From: the human T2T-CHM13v2.0 reference genome, Homo sapiens
NCBI RefSeq assembly: GCF_009914755.1
Contig: NC_060935.1
Strand: one strand, 5' to 3'
DNA length: 64,000 nucleotides
The notes under the pieces were generated by a model. That model did not search any database. It had not been told where the DNA came from and saw only the letters and a list, made by a program, of their open reading frames with translations. Made by a program: the position numbers and the translations under genes. Of the stretch, positions 13,141-26,567 are shown in pieces; position 1 is the first letter of the stretch; every line of letters begins with the position of its first letter.

Positions 13141-14980
13141 ATGAGCGTTTTACTATCACTCAGTCTATTAGGACTTTTTATCGGACTTAGTAATACATCA
13201 CACCCTTTAGCTCCTGCAATATCTGCCATGGTCCATTTGTACAACAAGACTAATTGTTGGGTCTGTCCTAAGTGGTTTGCTCAGTTCAGTGACGCTAAGG
13301 AAACTTACAATGACCCAGAATTCACTGTTTTAGGATTCCCTTTATTGGCTTTACCTTTACCCTTAAAGACCTAGCAGGCATAAATTGGACATGGTATGGG
13401 AGCAACACTCTGCTCCCAGTGCCGGAGAACACTCTGCCTGAAGATAAGCTTCACATCCTCAGGCTGGGACAAGACTGAGTAACAGCAAATGCCTCTCTCT
13501 GCTTTAAAAGCAGCGAGGAAGGACCATGCTTGGGAGATCTCAAATATTGTAACATCATACTTGTAATTGATGTTAGTTCAAATATTTAGGGAGGAGAGTG
13601 CAACAAGGGTGATCTAAAAGGATTAGAAGCCCTAGTTGGGGGGCTTTCAGAATCTAGCCTCTCATTCTGGTTGGAAGCCCCGATGGGAGTGGCATGCTCT
13701 AAGTAACCACCTTGACTATATTGTAAAGAATAACAGATGGGCCTTTCCAAACATGCCCCCTCATGGAATTCCAGACCGTTGTATCATGTTTGCTAATAGT
13801 AGCGGCTTACAGATCTGTGGGCAAACTGGAGGCATCCGGACTGACAGCCCTTGCCACAGGATCATCTGAGATACTGGCCAGGGCATATTATGTCTCTAAT
13901 TTTTCGAAACTCCATTTGTCAGGTGGACGCTTCTCACTTGACATGTCAAATTCCAAATGGCATCGTAAATATTGTAAATATGGATATCCTTATCCCAAGG
14001 ATGCCCCTATTATATGTAAAGAAGGGAAACTTCTAAGATATCAGAAAAATCTGCCGGTGTCTCTCACAAGCCACAATTTAGAACTGTCTCTTCAAGGAAC
14101 AGGGCTACTTTTTTTGTGTGTGGCTCCTGGATACATTTAATCCTCCCAAGGCATTGGAAGGGAACTTGTACTATAGTAGCACTAGTTCCTGACTTATTAT
14201 TTTTAAATTCTACCAAGATGGCAGCATCATCTGGAGTCATCCCTAATTGAGGCTCTTTTCTAGAGACTACACTATCTTGAATACACCAGAGAAAGAGATC
14301 TATCATTTCTATGCCCTCATAGGGAGATTTAACTGAAAGAGCAGACTGGGGAGGGCATGCACATGACAATCCCATCTTAGAAAAACCATGAATGGGAAAT
14401 TCTATAGCCAGAGGTCTAGTCTGGATTACGGGCTTCCCTCTCCTTGAAAGATCAGTACTTACTATTTCTATTATGATGCAACAAGGGTGGAAGGCAACTG
14501 TAGGTGCCATAGAGGCACGACAGCAATCTACAGACTCTTTCACCACGGTAGTAGCACAGAATAGACGGGGCTTAGACGTCCTCACAGCTGAAGTAGGAGG
14601 TACCTGTGCACTTATAAATGAAACATGCTGCTTCTGGATTAACACCTCTAGTAAAGCAGAGGAAAATCTACAGCTACCTAAAGATCAAATCAAAATCATT
14701 AAGAGGCTACAAGAACACGCAGGCTTCAGCCCCGGGTGGCTACAATTCCTCTTTAATGAATTCTAGTCTTCTTTATGGAATTGGTTAGCTCCTTTATTAA
14801 GTCCACTCCTACTTATATGTCTTGTATTAATATTTGGACCTTGCATACTCAATACTATAACTCAAATCATTTCCTCTTGCCTAGAAGCAATCAATCCAAA
14901 TGGTGCTGCAAACCGAACCACACATGGACGTGCCATTCTTCCGAGGACCCTTAGATCAACCCCAGGAGGAGCCCTAGCTG
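13141..14980 (+). pseudogene. env: ERV env (gamma-type, disrupted)
   Basis: Signal peptide MSVLLSLSLLGLFIGLS, CWVC motif, QRKR cleavage-like site ~14287, ISD QNRRGLDVLTAEVGGTC, CALINETCC, TM LLSPLLLICLVLIFGPC; several stops. Confidence 0.92.
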
Positions 14981-15073
14981 TTGTTCCCCACTTGATGTCC
15001 CTTTTCGGCAGGAAGTAGCCACAAAGAGTTCTTGCCCAAAACCCCCTAACAGCAGTTAGGGTGACATCTCCTC

Positions 15074-15102
15074 AGGAAGGGAATATTACAGGAGTTATTA
15101 AG
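15074..15102 (+). repeat. Polypurine tract plus 19-nt stub of the 3' LTR
   Basis: AGGAAGGGAA then TATTACAGGAGTTATTAAG (18/19 identical to 5452-5470), after which similarity stops. Confidence 0.85.
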
Positions 15103-16499
15103 GAAAAACTATGTTGGTATTTCTTATATCCGTCCTTAAGAAATCTAGCCCAAATTACCTATGCCTGTATAATTTGCTACTTCCTTATTTAGGGATATAA
15201 GTGATATTTTAACTACATTTTAAAGTACAGCTAATGGGAAGACTCCTGCAGTCTTCCAACCCTTAAAACCATCAATTTGCACAGCAAATAGCACACATTA
15301 CAGAAAATGGTCTTTTATTACAGGTCTCCCCTTTCTCTTTTGTCTTTTCCAGTGCTGCGATATTACAGCAATTAGCCAGCTTCAAGCTAAAGCAATAACA
15401 ATGACAAGGCAGCTGCTGTTAATACATTTTCAATCCTTGAGACCCATAAAATTAAAATTTCAAAGAGATTATCACTTAGCAGGCACCAACAGAGATATAC
15501 TTGGTGAAAATGAAGTCATTTAAACTGTCCAGAAGAAAGTAACTACCAGAACATAAATTTTAACAAGAATTGACAAGAAGGAAAGGTTCAATTGGTATCT
15601 AGTTCTCTCCTGAATGTCAATATTACTTTCCTATTATTGTTAGATCTGGTTTTCAGTTATAATAATAATTTTGAAATGTGTATCTAAAGATTGATTACAA
15701 TCAACTATTTATAGTAGAGGTTCTACAGTGAGGAGGAAACACATTTAACAGCATTTTGTATATATCAAAATCATTAATGTCTAACAAGTTTTGATTTGGT
15801 ATTAATTTTTCCAATTTTTCAATCTAGTTATTTTAAGGAAATCAGCCTGGCTTGTCTCCGAGATACTACTCACAGCCAACAATGGCTCTAATCCCCTCCC
15901 CCATCTTTTCTTTCAACTTAAGCAAATATAGGCATATATTCCTCAGATACAGGTTTTCCTGGAAGACTCTCATACAAGTATAAAATAACATGCATGAGAT
16001 TAGTAACTCATCAATAAATGGGGAAACTAGTAAGATGTTACAACTGATTCAAAAGGAGAATTCAAAACATACATAATATAAGTAACGAGGAATCCTGACT
16101 TAGCAAAACTGGATACTGTCCACAGGTTAACAATAAAATGAATCTCCATTGAACACAACTTGCATTTCCATGAACAACAATCACCTGCGTTAACTGCCAG
16201 GATTCCACAACTGAGAGTTGTAAAATAGCATAATAATAACTCCAAGATACCCAGTGAATACTCTTTTTGTTTGTTTCAAAGTCTTTCACTTATTTTCCTG
16301 ACACTGGCCTCAGGAAGGGACTGAATGCAGGCACAGTAAAGATGAGTCATACTTTCTCTCTGTCCTTGGTCTTCGTTTCATTCTGCACACTTGTTGCACT
16401 TGTCTCTCTATGCATCTTGGTTTTCTTTACTTGAATGCCCCAGCTCTCTCTTCTACCTTCACCACACTTAAAAACCCTCCTCCTCCTCATCAGTCAAGT

Positions 16500-18820
16500 G
16501 TTGACTAGAAATCAGAAGACATGGAGCCTGTTTTTAGCTTGGACCCCACTAGCTGTGTGCCCTAAGGCAAGTCAGTGATATTTTCTGGGCATCAGTCTCC
16601 TTCTATTAATAATCTGGATCAGTGATCTCCAGACTTCTGAATTAACACCAGTAGTCTGTTCTATGTTGGTATTTCTTATATCTGTCTTAATGAAGGACGG
16701 TGGGAGTATATGCTGGGTAGGTGAAGAGGAGAAAGGGCATTTCAGTCAGAAAGAATGCTTAGTAGCTGGAAGTGGTTATAAATTAGGTTCTGCAGGATGG
16801 AGGTAAAAGGGAGGCTGAGTCTAAAGGGTCTTCTATGCTATGCACAGGGCTTTGACCTATATTTCATGGATGATTGAAAACCACCAAAGAGTTTGAAACG
16901 TTAAGATATGTGATAAGAGTCTGTTTTTGAAACATTTGCACAGTGTCAGTAAACGAAAGAGGCTGAAAGGCAGTGGTCAAGAAAGCAAAAGCCCAGAAGA
17001 GCAGGGAGGCTGCTGAAAGAGTTTAAAAAGGAAGCTGGAAGGAAGGGACTGTGAAGATGCATTTGGAAGATGAAGGACTTGGGGTGAGAAAACTGAAGGA
17101 GAGAAACGAAGGCTTCAAAGACTCCCAAGTGTGTGGTCAGCTGAGTAGCTGAGTGGATGATATCGTTCCCTGGGATGTGGGTCAGAAACATTACCATGTG
17201 CTGAACACTCTTCTAGGCCCTGGGAATTCAGCTATAAACTGGACCTGAATTCCCAGGGCCTGACCTAAAAGAATTCACACTCTGGGGAGGAGTTTTTAAA
17301 AAGTAAACAGAATACATAAATAAACTGTAAAAAGTGCCAAGCAGGAAAGAAACATGGGACTTGGAGAAAAACGGCAGGGATCAACTTTGATTAACGCAGT
17401 CAAGGAAGGCCTCTCTGAGCAGGTGGCATTTAATCTAGGACCTAAAAGACATGAACTAAGCCAGTGTGTGATGAATGAGTACGTGTGTGTGTGCAAGGTT
17501 TTGTGTTGAGAGAGGCAAGTACTCCAGGCAGAGGAAACAGCAGGTGTGAAGGCTCTGAAGTGAGCAAGTACTTCACAGGCAGAAGATCAGTTGGCTAGAG
17601 CAGAGTGAGGAAGTGCTGAGGGTGGCGGAAGATAAATTTGTAGGGGCAAGATGTGGAAGGGCTTGAAAGCTGATGACAACAGTCTTACCAGAAAGGAAAA
17701 GATTCCTAATAGGAGACACGGGGAGAAGGAGAGAAATAATTATAGAAGGTGAGAGGGCTTGGAGATCCTGAGCTCTAGTGGAGGAACTGGGCTTCTTCCC
17801 TTTCATGAAATGAGAGAAGCTGGGTTCACATTCCAGCAGATTGGTAGGTTTTGTGGTAGGAAGGTGAGGAAGTTCATTACCTAATGACTTCTATTGTCTT
17901 CAGTATAAACAAAGTCATCAGCTGAGTATGGCAACAGGGTATGAGAGGCTTGACAAGAGAATAAAAGGTATAAAACAGTCATCTTGGGGAGTGGAACACC
18001 GAACTACTAGAGAAACAAAGATGGGCTGTTGGGCAGCAGTAAGTGACGATTTGAGGTTGAAATCATGAAGCAAGGCCAGACAACAAAGTTGTGCAATATT
18101 CTCCAGCAATGTTCAGCTGCTCAATGCCAGCCCAAAGAAATGGGTGGCAGGGTTCATCCTGGCTAAAGGTTTGGCTAGGCCAACTCCATATGTAAATTAG
18201 GTCAACCACGACCTTAAGTAACAACTGTTTCAATAGACTGGGTGTGGAAGCAAGATCGCAGTGAGCTTCACTCACTTTCATTTAGAAGTAAATGAAACTT
18301 GGAGGCATGGAGTTCTAATGACTCTTTCAATAGTGTTGCTATAAAGAAGGGCTAGACAGGGAAAAAGAAGGGAAAAACTGGTTAATTAAGACAGTTTTCT
18401 GTTACATGCTAACGGGTAACATTAGGAGACTGGGAAAGATTAAACATACAGGAAAGCAGAGGTCTAAGAGGTCAGCCTTTGTCGAGATAGAGAAGCTGGC
18501 ATTAGAAAAACAGGAATGGGAGGAAAGGTAAAGATGCAGGTAAGTATGTAATAATATTAACAATGTAATATTAAATATGTAATAATACCACTGATAATAA
18601 GAATTGCTAACATTTCTTTATAGAGTGCTTATTTTGTGCCAGGCATTTTTCTAAAGCCTTTATATGGAATACTTTACTTTATCCTTATAACAACCCTATT
18701 GTACTAAGAGAGATTAAGTAACTTGTCCAAGGCCACCAAGATAGCAAGAGGCAGAGCCAGAATTTGAACCCAGGCAGTCTGATTCTAGATCCTGGTCCTT
18801 AACCTTTACATTATACTGCA
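16500..18820. mobile_element. Cluster of ancient MIR and L2 fragments
   Basis: MIR core-like (CTAGCTGTGTG..GGCAAGTCA; AAGTAACTTGTCCAAGGCCAC..GAGCCAGAATTTGAACCCAGG) and L2-like purine-rich segments (GGAAGGCCTCTCTGAG..CCAGGCAGAGGAAACAGCA); boundaries approximate. Confidence 0.6.
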
Positions 18821-20395
18821 TGTGGAAAGAGGAAGACATTAAGAAGTTCACACCTAATAGCTTTCAGTTTCTTTGTGATTTTGGAGGCAAGGTCACCTTT
18901 GAAACAGGTGTGGGGTAAAGGATGAGGTGAAATGATGAGGTTCTGGAACAGCTACTTAGGGGAATGTAAAAGGAAACTCCCCAGAGGACTGTCACATGCT
19001 ACTCAGAGGCCAGCTGCAGTAAGACACCAGAATACTTGTAGACACACTAATTCATATAGTTGAATATACCCAAAAAAGTGTATGGTAAAAGGGTAGGGGT
19101 TGGGCAGAGAAGGATATGACCATGGGAATGGGATGTTAGAGTGAGGGGGCGGTAAAGATGAACAGCAGTGATGAGGTCAAGGAAAAAAAAAGGGCAAGGT
19201 ACTGGATGTACTTGTGCTGCAGAAATATCAAAGAAAAAATATTTGTTCAGTGTCAACATATATAGGACACTGTGATAGTTAAGGTAAAATTAAAAAAATA
19301 GAAGTAGTCCCTACCTGGTTTTTCTCTGCAACTAAGCAGAGAATGGGCTCTTGGTATAGCTATACCTACCACAGTGCTTTGCTCAATAAACGTTGGTTGC
19401 ATTAACATCATATCTCTTACATTAAAAAAAGTCCTGTATCAGAGGTTATGGTATTTTGTGGACTGCTTCAGGCTCACAGGAAGTTGTTTATTTGGTCTAC
19501 GCAATGCTTAGAAAGAGTCTGAGCCTAAATTTTAAAATCAAGAGATTTCATATAAAATCTGAGTTTCCAGTTTCCCTTAAAAAAGCAAAACTAAACAATG
19601 GGCCCATAATACTCCCATATAGCAAAAACGATCAGTGTTGTGTAGTGCTACCTCTTAAAACAGGGCATATGCTGGCCCTAGTATCTTCTTTTTGGTTTCC
19701 ATCTGGCCAATCTAAAATGCCATATTCTCCATGAAGTCTTCCATGAGTCACTGTATGAAATGACCTTCCCCTCCCTCTATACTTGCAAAATACTTTGTCA
19801 TCCCCTAATGGAACTTCATCCTTTCCCCCCATGCCCCACTGCCCATTACTGGTATATATTAATTATAAATATGCATTTGCAACTGCCCAAGTTTCTGAAA
19901 AATAGGAACAACTTACTCATGTTTGCATTTTTCAGCCTGGACTTCAATATACGGTTTCTGAGTAAATGCTTTCTTTTTTAGGGAAACACTCCTTGACTTT
20001 TGCTGATGTTAGAAAAAATCAGTTCAAGGGCCAGTCAGTAGGGATTTAATTTCAGAGCTGTAAAACCAGGTTAGAGATTATTGTCATAAGCTGAGTCTGA
20101 CCCGAAAATAATACACTTGATGCCTGAAGAATCTTTAGAATACAAGAAGAAAGTACATGAAACATAAGTCACTTGGGGATGTTACTGCAAATGATAATAA
20201 AAATTATTGAATGGGCTACAGAGTGTTCAGAAAAGATATATAATATCTTTTATAATATGTGTTCAGAAAAGAGTGTCTATCAAAGACAGAATAATAAAAA
20301 TACACAGGTCTTGAGAGGGAAGGTTTTGGTGAGCAAGTCTTCCAAATCTTTATCTCCAATCCAGTTCTCTCTCCGAGCTTGAAAGCAATACCCAG

Positions 20396-20828
20396 TGTGA
20401 TGGTTAATACTGAGTGTCAACTTGACTGGATTGAAGGATACAAAGTATTGATCCTAGGTGTGTCTATGAGGGTGCTGCCAAAGGAGAATTAACATTTTGA
20501 GTCAGTGGGCTGGGAAAGGCAGGCCCACCCTTAATCTGGATGAGCACAATCTAATCAGCTGCCAGCATGGCTAGAATACAAGCAGGCAGAAAAATGTGAA
20601 AAGGGAGACTGGCCTAGCCTACATCTTTCTCCCATGCTGGATGCTTCCCGACTTGAACATTGGACTCCAAGTTCTTCAGTTTTGGAACTCAGACTGGCTC
20701 TCCTCGCTCCTCAGCCTGCAAACGGCCTATTGCGGGATCTTGGGTTCACGTGAGTTAATGCTTAATAAACTTCCCTTTATATATATATTCCATTAGTTCT
20801 GTCCCTCTAGAGAACCCTGCTAAATACA
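20396..20828 (+). mobile_element. Solo MLT2A (HERV-L) LTR, probably MLT2A2
   Basis: TGTGATGGTTAATACTGAGTGTCAACTTGA...GTCCCTCTAGAGAACCCTG..ATACA; 5-bp TSD CCCAG/CTCAG; AATAAA ~20765. Confidence 0.9.
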
Positions 20829-21224
20829 CTCAGTGTATAGTACCACATGCTGAGGCTGTACCTCAAACTCAACATGTCCACAACACACCCATCATAAACT
20901 GTTTCTTCCTCCTGTATTCTCTTTCTGGTGGACCACCAGGCCCCAATCACTAGATCAGAAGCCTAAAAGTCATTCTTGATTTCTTTTCTCACTACACACA
21001 TCTAATCAATAACCAAGACCTCCTGATTTTACTCCCTCACTCAGACCTCCAGCATCTCTTGCTTGGATGCCTGCCACGGCTTCCTAGTCTGTCTCCATGC
21101 CTCTGGTCTTTTTAACTCTAGCCAGCAATCCCCAGGCTTTCTTCAATCATCTTGCTGATTATCTCATTGCCCTTAGTTTAAAAATCTAAGATTTGCTTAA
21201 CAGGCCCTTTAGGTCTGGTCCTAG

Positions 21225-21849
21225 TTTGTCCAGAATTGGTTCCTTCCCGTGGGTTCTTGGTCTCACTGACTTCAAGAATGAAGCCGCGGACCCTTGTGGT
21301 GAGTGTTACAGTTCTTAAAGATGGTGTGTACGGAGTTTGTTCCTTCAGATGTTCAGAGTTTCTTCCTTCTGGTGGGTTCGTGGTCTTGCTGACTTCAGGA
21401 GTGAAGCTGCAGACTTTCACAGTGAGTGTTACAGCTCTTAAAGGTGGCACGCAGGTTGTTCGTTCCTCCCGGTGGGTTCATGGTCTCACTGACTTCAGGA
21501 ATGAAGCTGCAGACCTTCGCAGGGAGTGTTACAGCTCATAAAGGTAGTGCGGACCCATAGAGTGAGCAGCAGCAAGATTTATTGTGAAGAGCGAAAAAAC
21601 AAAGCTTCCACAGCCTGGAAGGTGACCGAGGGGGGTTGCCGCTGCTGGCTCTGGTGGCCAGCTTTTATTCCCTTATTTGGCCCCACCCACATCCTGCTGA
21701 TTGGTCCATTTTACAAAGAGCTGATTGGTGGGTTTACAAACCTTTAGCTAGACACAGAGCGCCGAGTGGTGCATTTACAATCCTTTAGCTAGACAGAAAA
21801 GTTCTCCAAGTCCCCATACGACCCAGAAGCCCAGCGGCTTTACCTCTCA
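21225..21849 (-). mobile_element. Solo LTR12-family (ERV9) LTR, short LTR12/LTR12F-like form
   Basis: Minus strand starts TGAGAGGTAAAGCC, CCAATCAGC/CTAGCTAAAGG repeats, AATAAAAGC TATA, U5 repeats CTGAAGTCAG..GACCA; CTAG TSD at 21221-21224 and 21850-21853. Confidence 0.9.
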
Positions 21850-22665
21850 CTAGCTTTTCTCTTTAGCTTCATCTCAAGTCTCTGGCCCCTAATTTACGTT
21901 CCAGAACACCAAACTTAATATGGGAACACACCATGTCTGTAATCAAGGACAGCCCTGAGATTGTGTACATGCTACTTCCCCTACTTGGAATATCCTTACT
22001 TTCATTGCATGTGGTTATGTCTTCCTGATCCTTTAGGCCTCAGTAGATACTTTCACTTTTTCCTGAGGTATTCTCTAACCCATTCAAGTGTATACTCCTA
22101 AACTACCTTGAACTTTCCCATCTAAGTCATATCGTCATGTGTCAAACTATGTCATGTTGTCATACCATCTTTGTCTCTTTGCTAATTTGTCTCTTCCACT
22201 GTACAGCATGTTCTAGGGGAGAAGGAACCAGACACAGCTTGCACTTATAAATCCACAATGCCTGGCACATAGTAGGCGCTCACTAAATATTCGTTGAATT
22301 AATCACTTACAGTTGAACATTCCCCTTCCTTAAGGCCAAAGAGACTGTCTCTTTCCATTGCCCATGACCCCCTAAAACTACAATGAAATTTTATGACTTC
22401 TTAAAACTTTTCTTATTGCTGTTTTTATGTATTTGTACAAAACCAGACAAATACAAATATCTAGAGGGGCTCATGTATTTAACTAGATATGCAAATCCAG
22501 TGTGAGTAGTGGAAGCTGTGGTAACCTGGCCAGCACCCTCTGTAAAGGTGGTGTTCACTAGTAACCGCAATCCAGATCCCATGAAAAAATAAGGGCCCAA
22601 TGTCACCATGTGTTCTGAGGTTTTAAAAGAAGCTGAAATGATTCTGGATTTTGAAATGTTGGCTT

Positions 22666-22968
<303 letters not shown>

Positions 22969-24162
22969 TCAAATTTTTCATGAACATTGAGTGCAGCAAA
23001 AAAAAACATGCCTGTCCACCAAGCTGTCTGTGGGCCATGTTTGGTTTGAGAATCCTAGTTTATTCTCGGGTCCCTTCAGGCTCTCTTTGATGCTCATTCT
23101 GATGACATTACACTAAGATTTACTGATTGAGGGTACGGACACTTCTCCATACACACTTGCCCAGGAACGATCTCCAGTTACCTGTCCTGTCTCCAAGATC
23201 TTCTCTCTCTCATCCAATCTTGCCTATGCAGCATTCTATTTTCAGAGTCGTCTTTGCTAATTTGGGGAAGTCACTTATTCAAACAAGAAAGTGGTTGACA
23301 AATGTTTAGCAATGAAATCTCCCGCGAGTTACTACTTTTTAATTAGGATTTTCAACCCTAAGAAAGATATAGATAGGAGGAATAAGATAGGGGGAATAAG
23401 GAAACTAATTTTGAGGGGTTTCCCTGCCTCTTAGGTGGGGTTTATCATATTGTGCTGAAACTACTTATTCGTCTAGTTCTCCAGACCCTGGGCCATTTAT
23501 CTTACGTATCCCTATCTCTGAGCGCGTAGAAGGCGCTCCATAAAACTGTTGGTTTGTGTAAATGACCGAAAACTACATGCAGCGTGAGGGTGGATTTCCC
23601 TTTGACTTCGGCTTAAGGAAGAATCGTTCCCATGATCATCCCACAATTCATCTAAACGGAGATAGGCAAGGAGCAAACTGCTCAAAGGCAAAGCGCTGGC
23701 AGCTGAGGCACAGCTCCTGTTCGGCAAACGTCTCCCGAGTGCCAAACGTCTCCCCAAACGCCTAACTGGTCGTCAGGGCGCAGAAAAGAAGCTTGGGGGG
23801 CGCAGTCTTCGCCCCAGCTCCACTTCGGTGCTTCACGATTCCTTCTCTGGCCTGCCTTCCTGATAAATACCCGCTGAGGTCACCTAAACGCTCTCCTCTC
23901 TCAGTTATTTGCTTCTTTCCAACGTTTGGCGCCCAGCTCCCGCCATCGGAGCGCCCCGCCCGAGACCACTGATCTCCTGGGGCCTCGCAGCCTTGCTTCC
24001 GAACGCCAAGGTCGCGGTGCGCCGGGGTAGCGAACGGCCAGGCCCGAAACCCCGCCCCGCAGCTAAACGCCCGGCCCGCTACCCCACGCCCAGCTCCAGC
24101 CGCCGGGTCCCGCCTGGGCCTCTCCTCCTGGGAATACCGGGCACCGGTGGCCCCGCCCCTAC

Positions 24163-24219
24163 CTGCGCGCCGCATCTCCGGGAACAACAGTCTCCCTCCC
24201 GAGCATCACAGCCAGACAT
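24163..24219 (-). CDS. APIP: APIP exon 1 coding part
   Basis: ATG at 24219 in GCCATGT context, MSGCDAREGDCCSRRCGAQ (57 nt), donor CAG|GTAGGG. Confidence 0.97.
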
Positions 24220-24306
24220 GGCCCAGACCAGGGACCCGCGCGGCCTCCAATCTCCGCACGGCTTTGCGCGCGGCGCTTAGCCTGGGATGCGGCAGCGAGG
24301 CCGCAA

Positions 24307-24788
<482 letters not shown>

Positions 24789-26096
24789 TGATGGGCCTGG
24801 GACAGGGGCAGTTATGATTGAGGGCCTGCTTTTGGGTGTGGAGGTGCGCGGGCTCCTTATTCCCTTTCCTCTTTCTCCGGTTGGGGTCCGCCGACTTGGC
24901 CTAATGCATGCTGTGAAGGGCTTTCTTGGCAGCTGGGAGAACTCGACTCTGCCCTAGGCCCCCTGGTTTGTATGGCTTTGTGACCTTGCCTTGGAATTTG
25001 GGTTATTTGTGAGGCGCAGAGAGGGTTCCCAAACTCTCCTCCCTCAGCCCCCTTTCCAATCAAGGCTCAGGTTTCTTTAGGGTTGTCAAACGTCTCGGAC
25101 GAGAAAAAGCTGCCCAAGGTTGCCGAGATTGAAAAGCCACTGTTGGGAGTTCTTACTTATTCTCTAGGCCTCTCTCTGTTAGGAGGTGTTTTCATTGAGG
25201 CCAGTCGAGTTTTACCCCACGCCACGACTCGTGGAAGACTTAAATTTGTAAATTCCTACGGCATCACGATAGACAAAGGTCCAGGAGAATGTTTCAAGCA
25301 AATATTCGCTTGAAAGAGCGAACATTTAGGAGAGAAATCATACCAAAAATTTATTATAGAAAATTGTTGTTTAGTAATGATATTGATGCAGTTAACACAA
25401 TTCTTGCAGTATTTAACAGTATGCAAAATGGCAGGCCGGGTATTATTTTTCCTTATTTTGGGAGAAGGTTGGAGGGAGGCGGGGATGGAGAATAGGACTG
25501 ACGTTTTTTAGTGTGACGTATTACCTGCCAATCATCGTTCCTGGCACTCTACAGAATGAATTTTAATTTAAATAGGTCTAGTAGACGTTGCCTTCATATT
25601 CTGAGCTACCTTAGGCTCAGAAAAAAAAAATCACACAAAGTCATATGGTAAGATGAGTGTATTGGGGTTCCTAAAGATTCCTTAATGGGAACAATTTATT
25701 TCATTTTTGGTGTAATGTTTCATAACATATTCCTTGGAGCAGAGGTGCTTTAACAGTGTGTGCAGAATTCCTTCTCTTCCCTCCTCCAAGTTTGTTGAAA
25801 TTAAACTTTTTTCCAGCTCCTAGAGATTCGGTCTGGTCTGGTGTGGGGCTCAGGAATCTGCATTTTACAAATGTTGGATGAGTTTTGATGTTTTATTTTG
25901 ACATTTAATGGAATGAGCTTTGAGACTCACTGCCTTAGAAAATCATGGAATATTAAAAGTTTAGTATTGGATATAATCTAGGAAGAGTGCTCTTAATCTT
26001 GTTTATCAAGCAGATTCTTTTGAGAATCTTTGAAAATGTTACAGACTCTCTGTACAGAGGAAGTACCATAAATGGTCACACACAAAAATGTGCACG

Positions 26097-26386
26097 TAGT
26101 GGCTCACGCCTGTAATCCCAGCACTTTGGGAGGCGAAGCTGGAAGATTGCTAGAGCCCAGGAGTTGGAGACCAGCCCGGGCAACAAAGTGAGACCCCCGT
26201 CTCTACTTAAAAAAAAAAAAAGAAAGAAAAAAAGCCAGGCGTGCTGGCATCCCAGCTACTCCAGGGGCTGAGGCAGGAGGATCCGTTGAACCCAGGAGTT
26301 AGACGTTTCATTGAGCTATGATCCTGCCGCTGCACTTTAGCCTGGGTGACAGAGTGAGACCCTGTCTCAGGAGAAAAAAAAAAAAG
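26097..26386 (+). mobile_element. AluJ
   Basis: GTGGCTCACGCCTGTAATCCCAGC...GAGCCCAGGAGTT.GAGACCAGCC, A tail. Confidence 0.9.
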
Positions 26387-26567
26387 TATACATAGGCCCA
26401 GTTTAATGCCTTTAGAAACTCAGTTAGGCAAGCAATCCTTATCTGCATCCTCATGATGCTTTTTTACCTATTCCCTATCCCCTAGACATATACCATGAAC
26501 AACTTGTCTACCCCAGTTTGAATACCATCTGTCAGGAAGAAGGCATGGCATCTCAAGGAAAGCCAAA

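Noticed and set aside
14064-14645. 193-aa ORF antisense to env (ASP/HBZ-like?)
   Set aside because: Explained as the shadow frame of env; no independent features visible
13141-14980. Possible domesticated (syncytin-like) env
   Set aside because: Multiple stops and frameshifts; longest open pieces are about 125 codons
21236-21560. Spaced repeats of CTGACTTCA.GA.TGAAGC resembling an array
   Set aside because: Normal U5 tandem repeats of LTR12; not CRISPR-like
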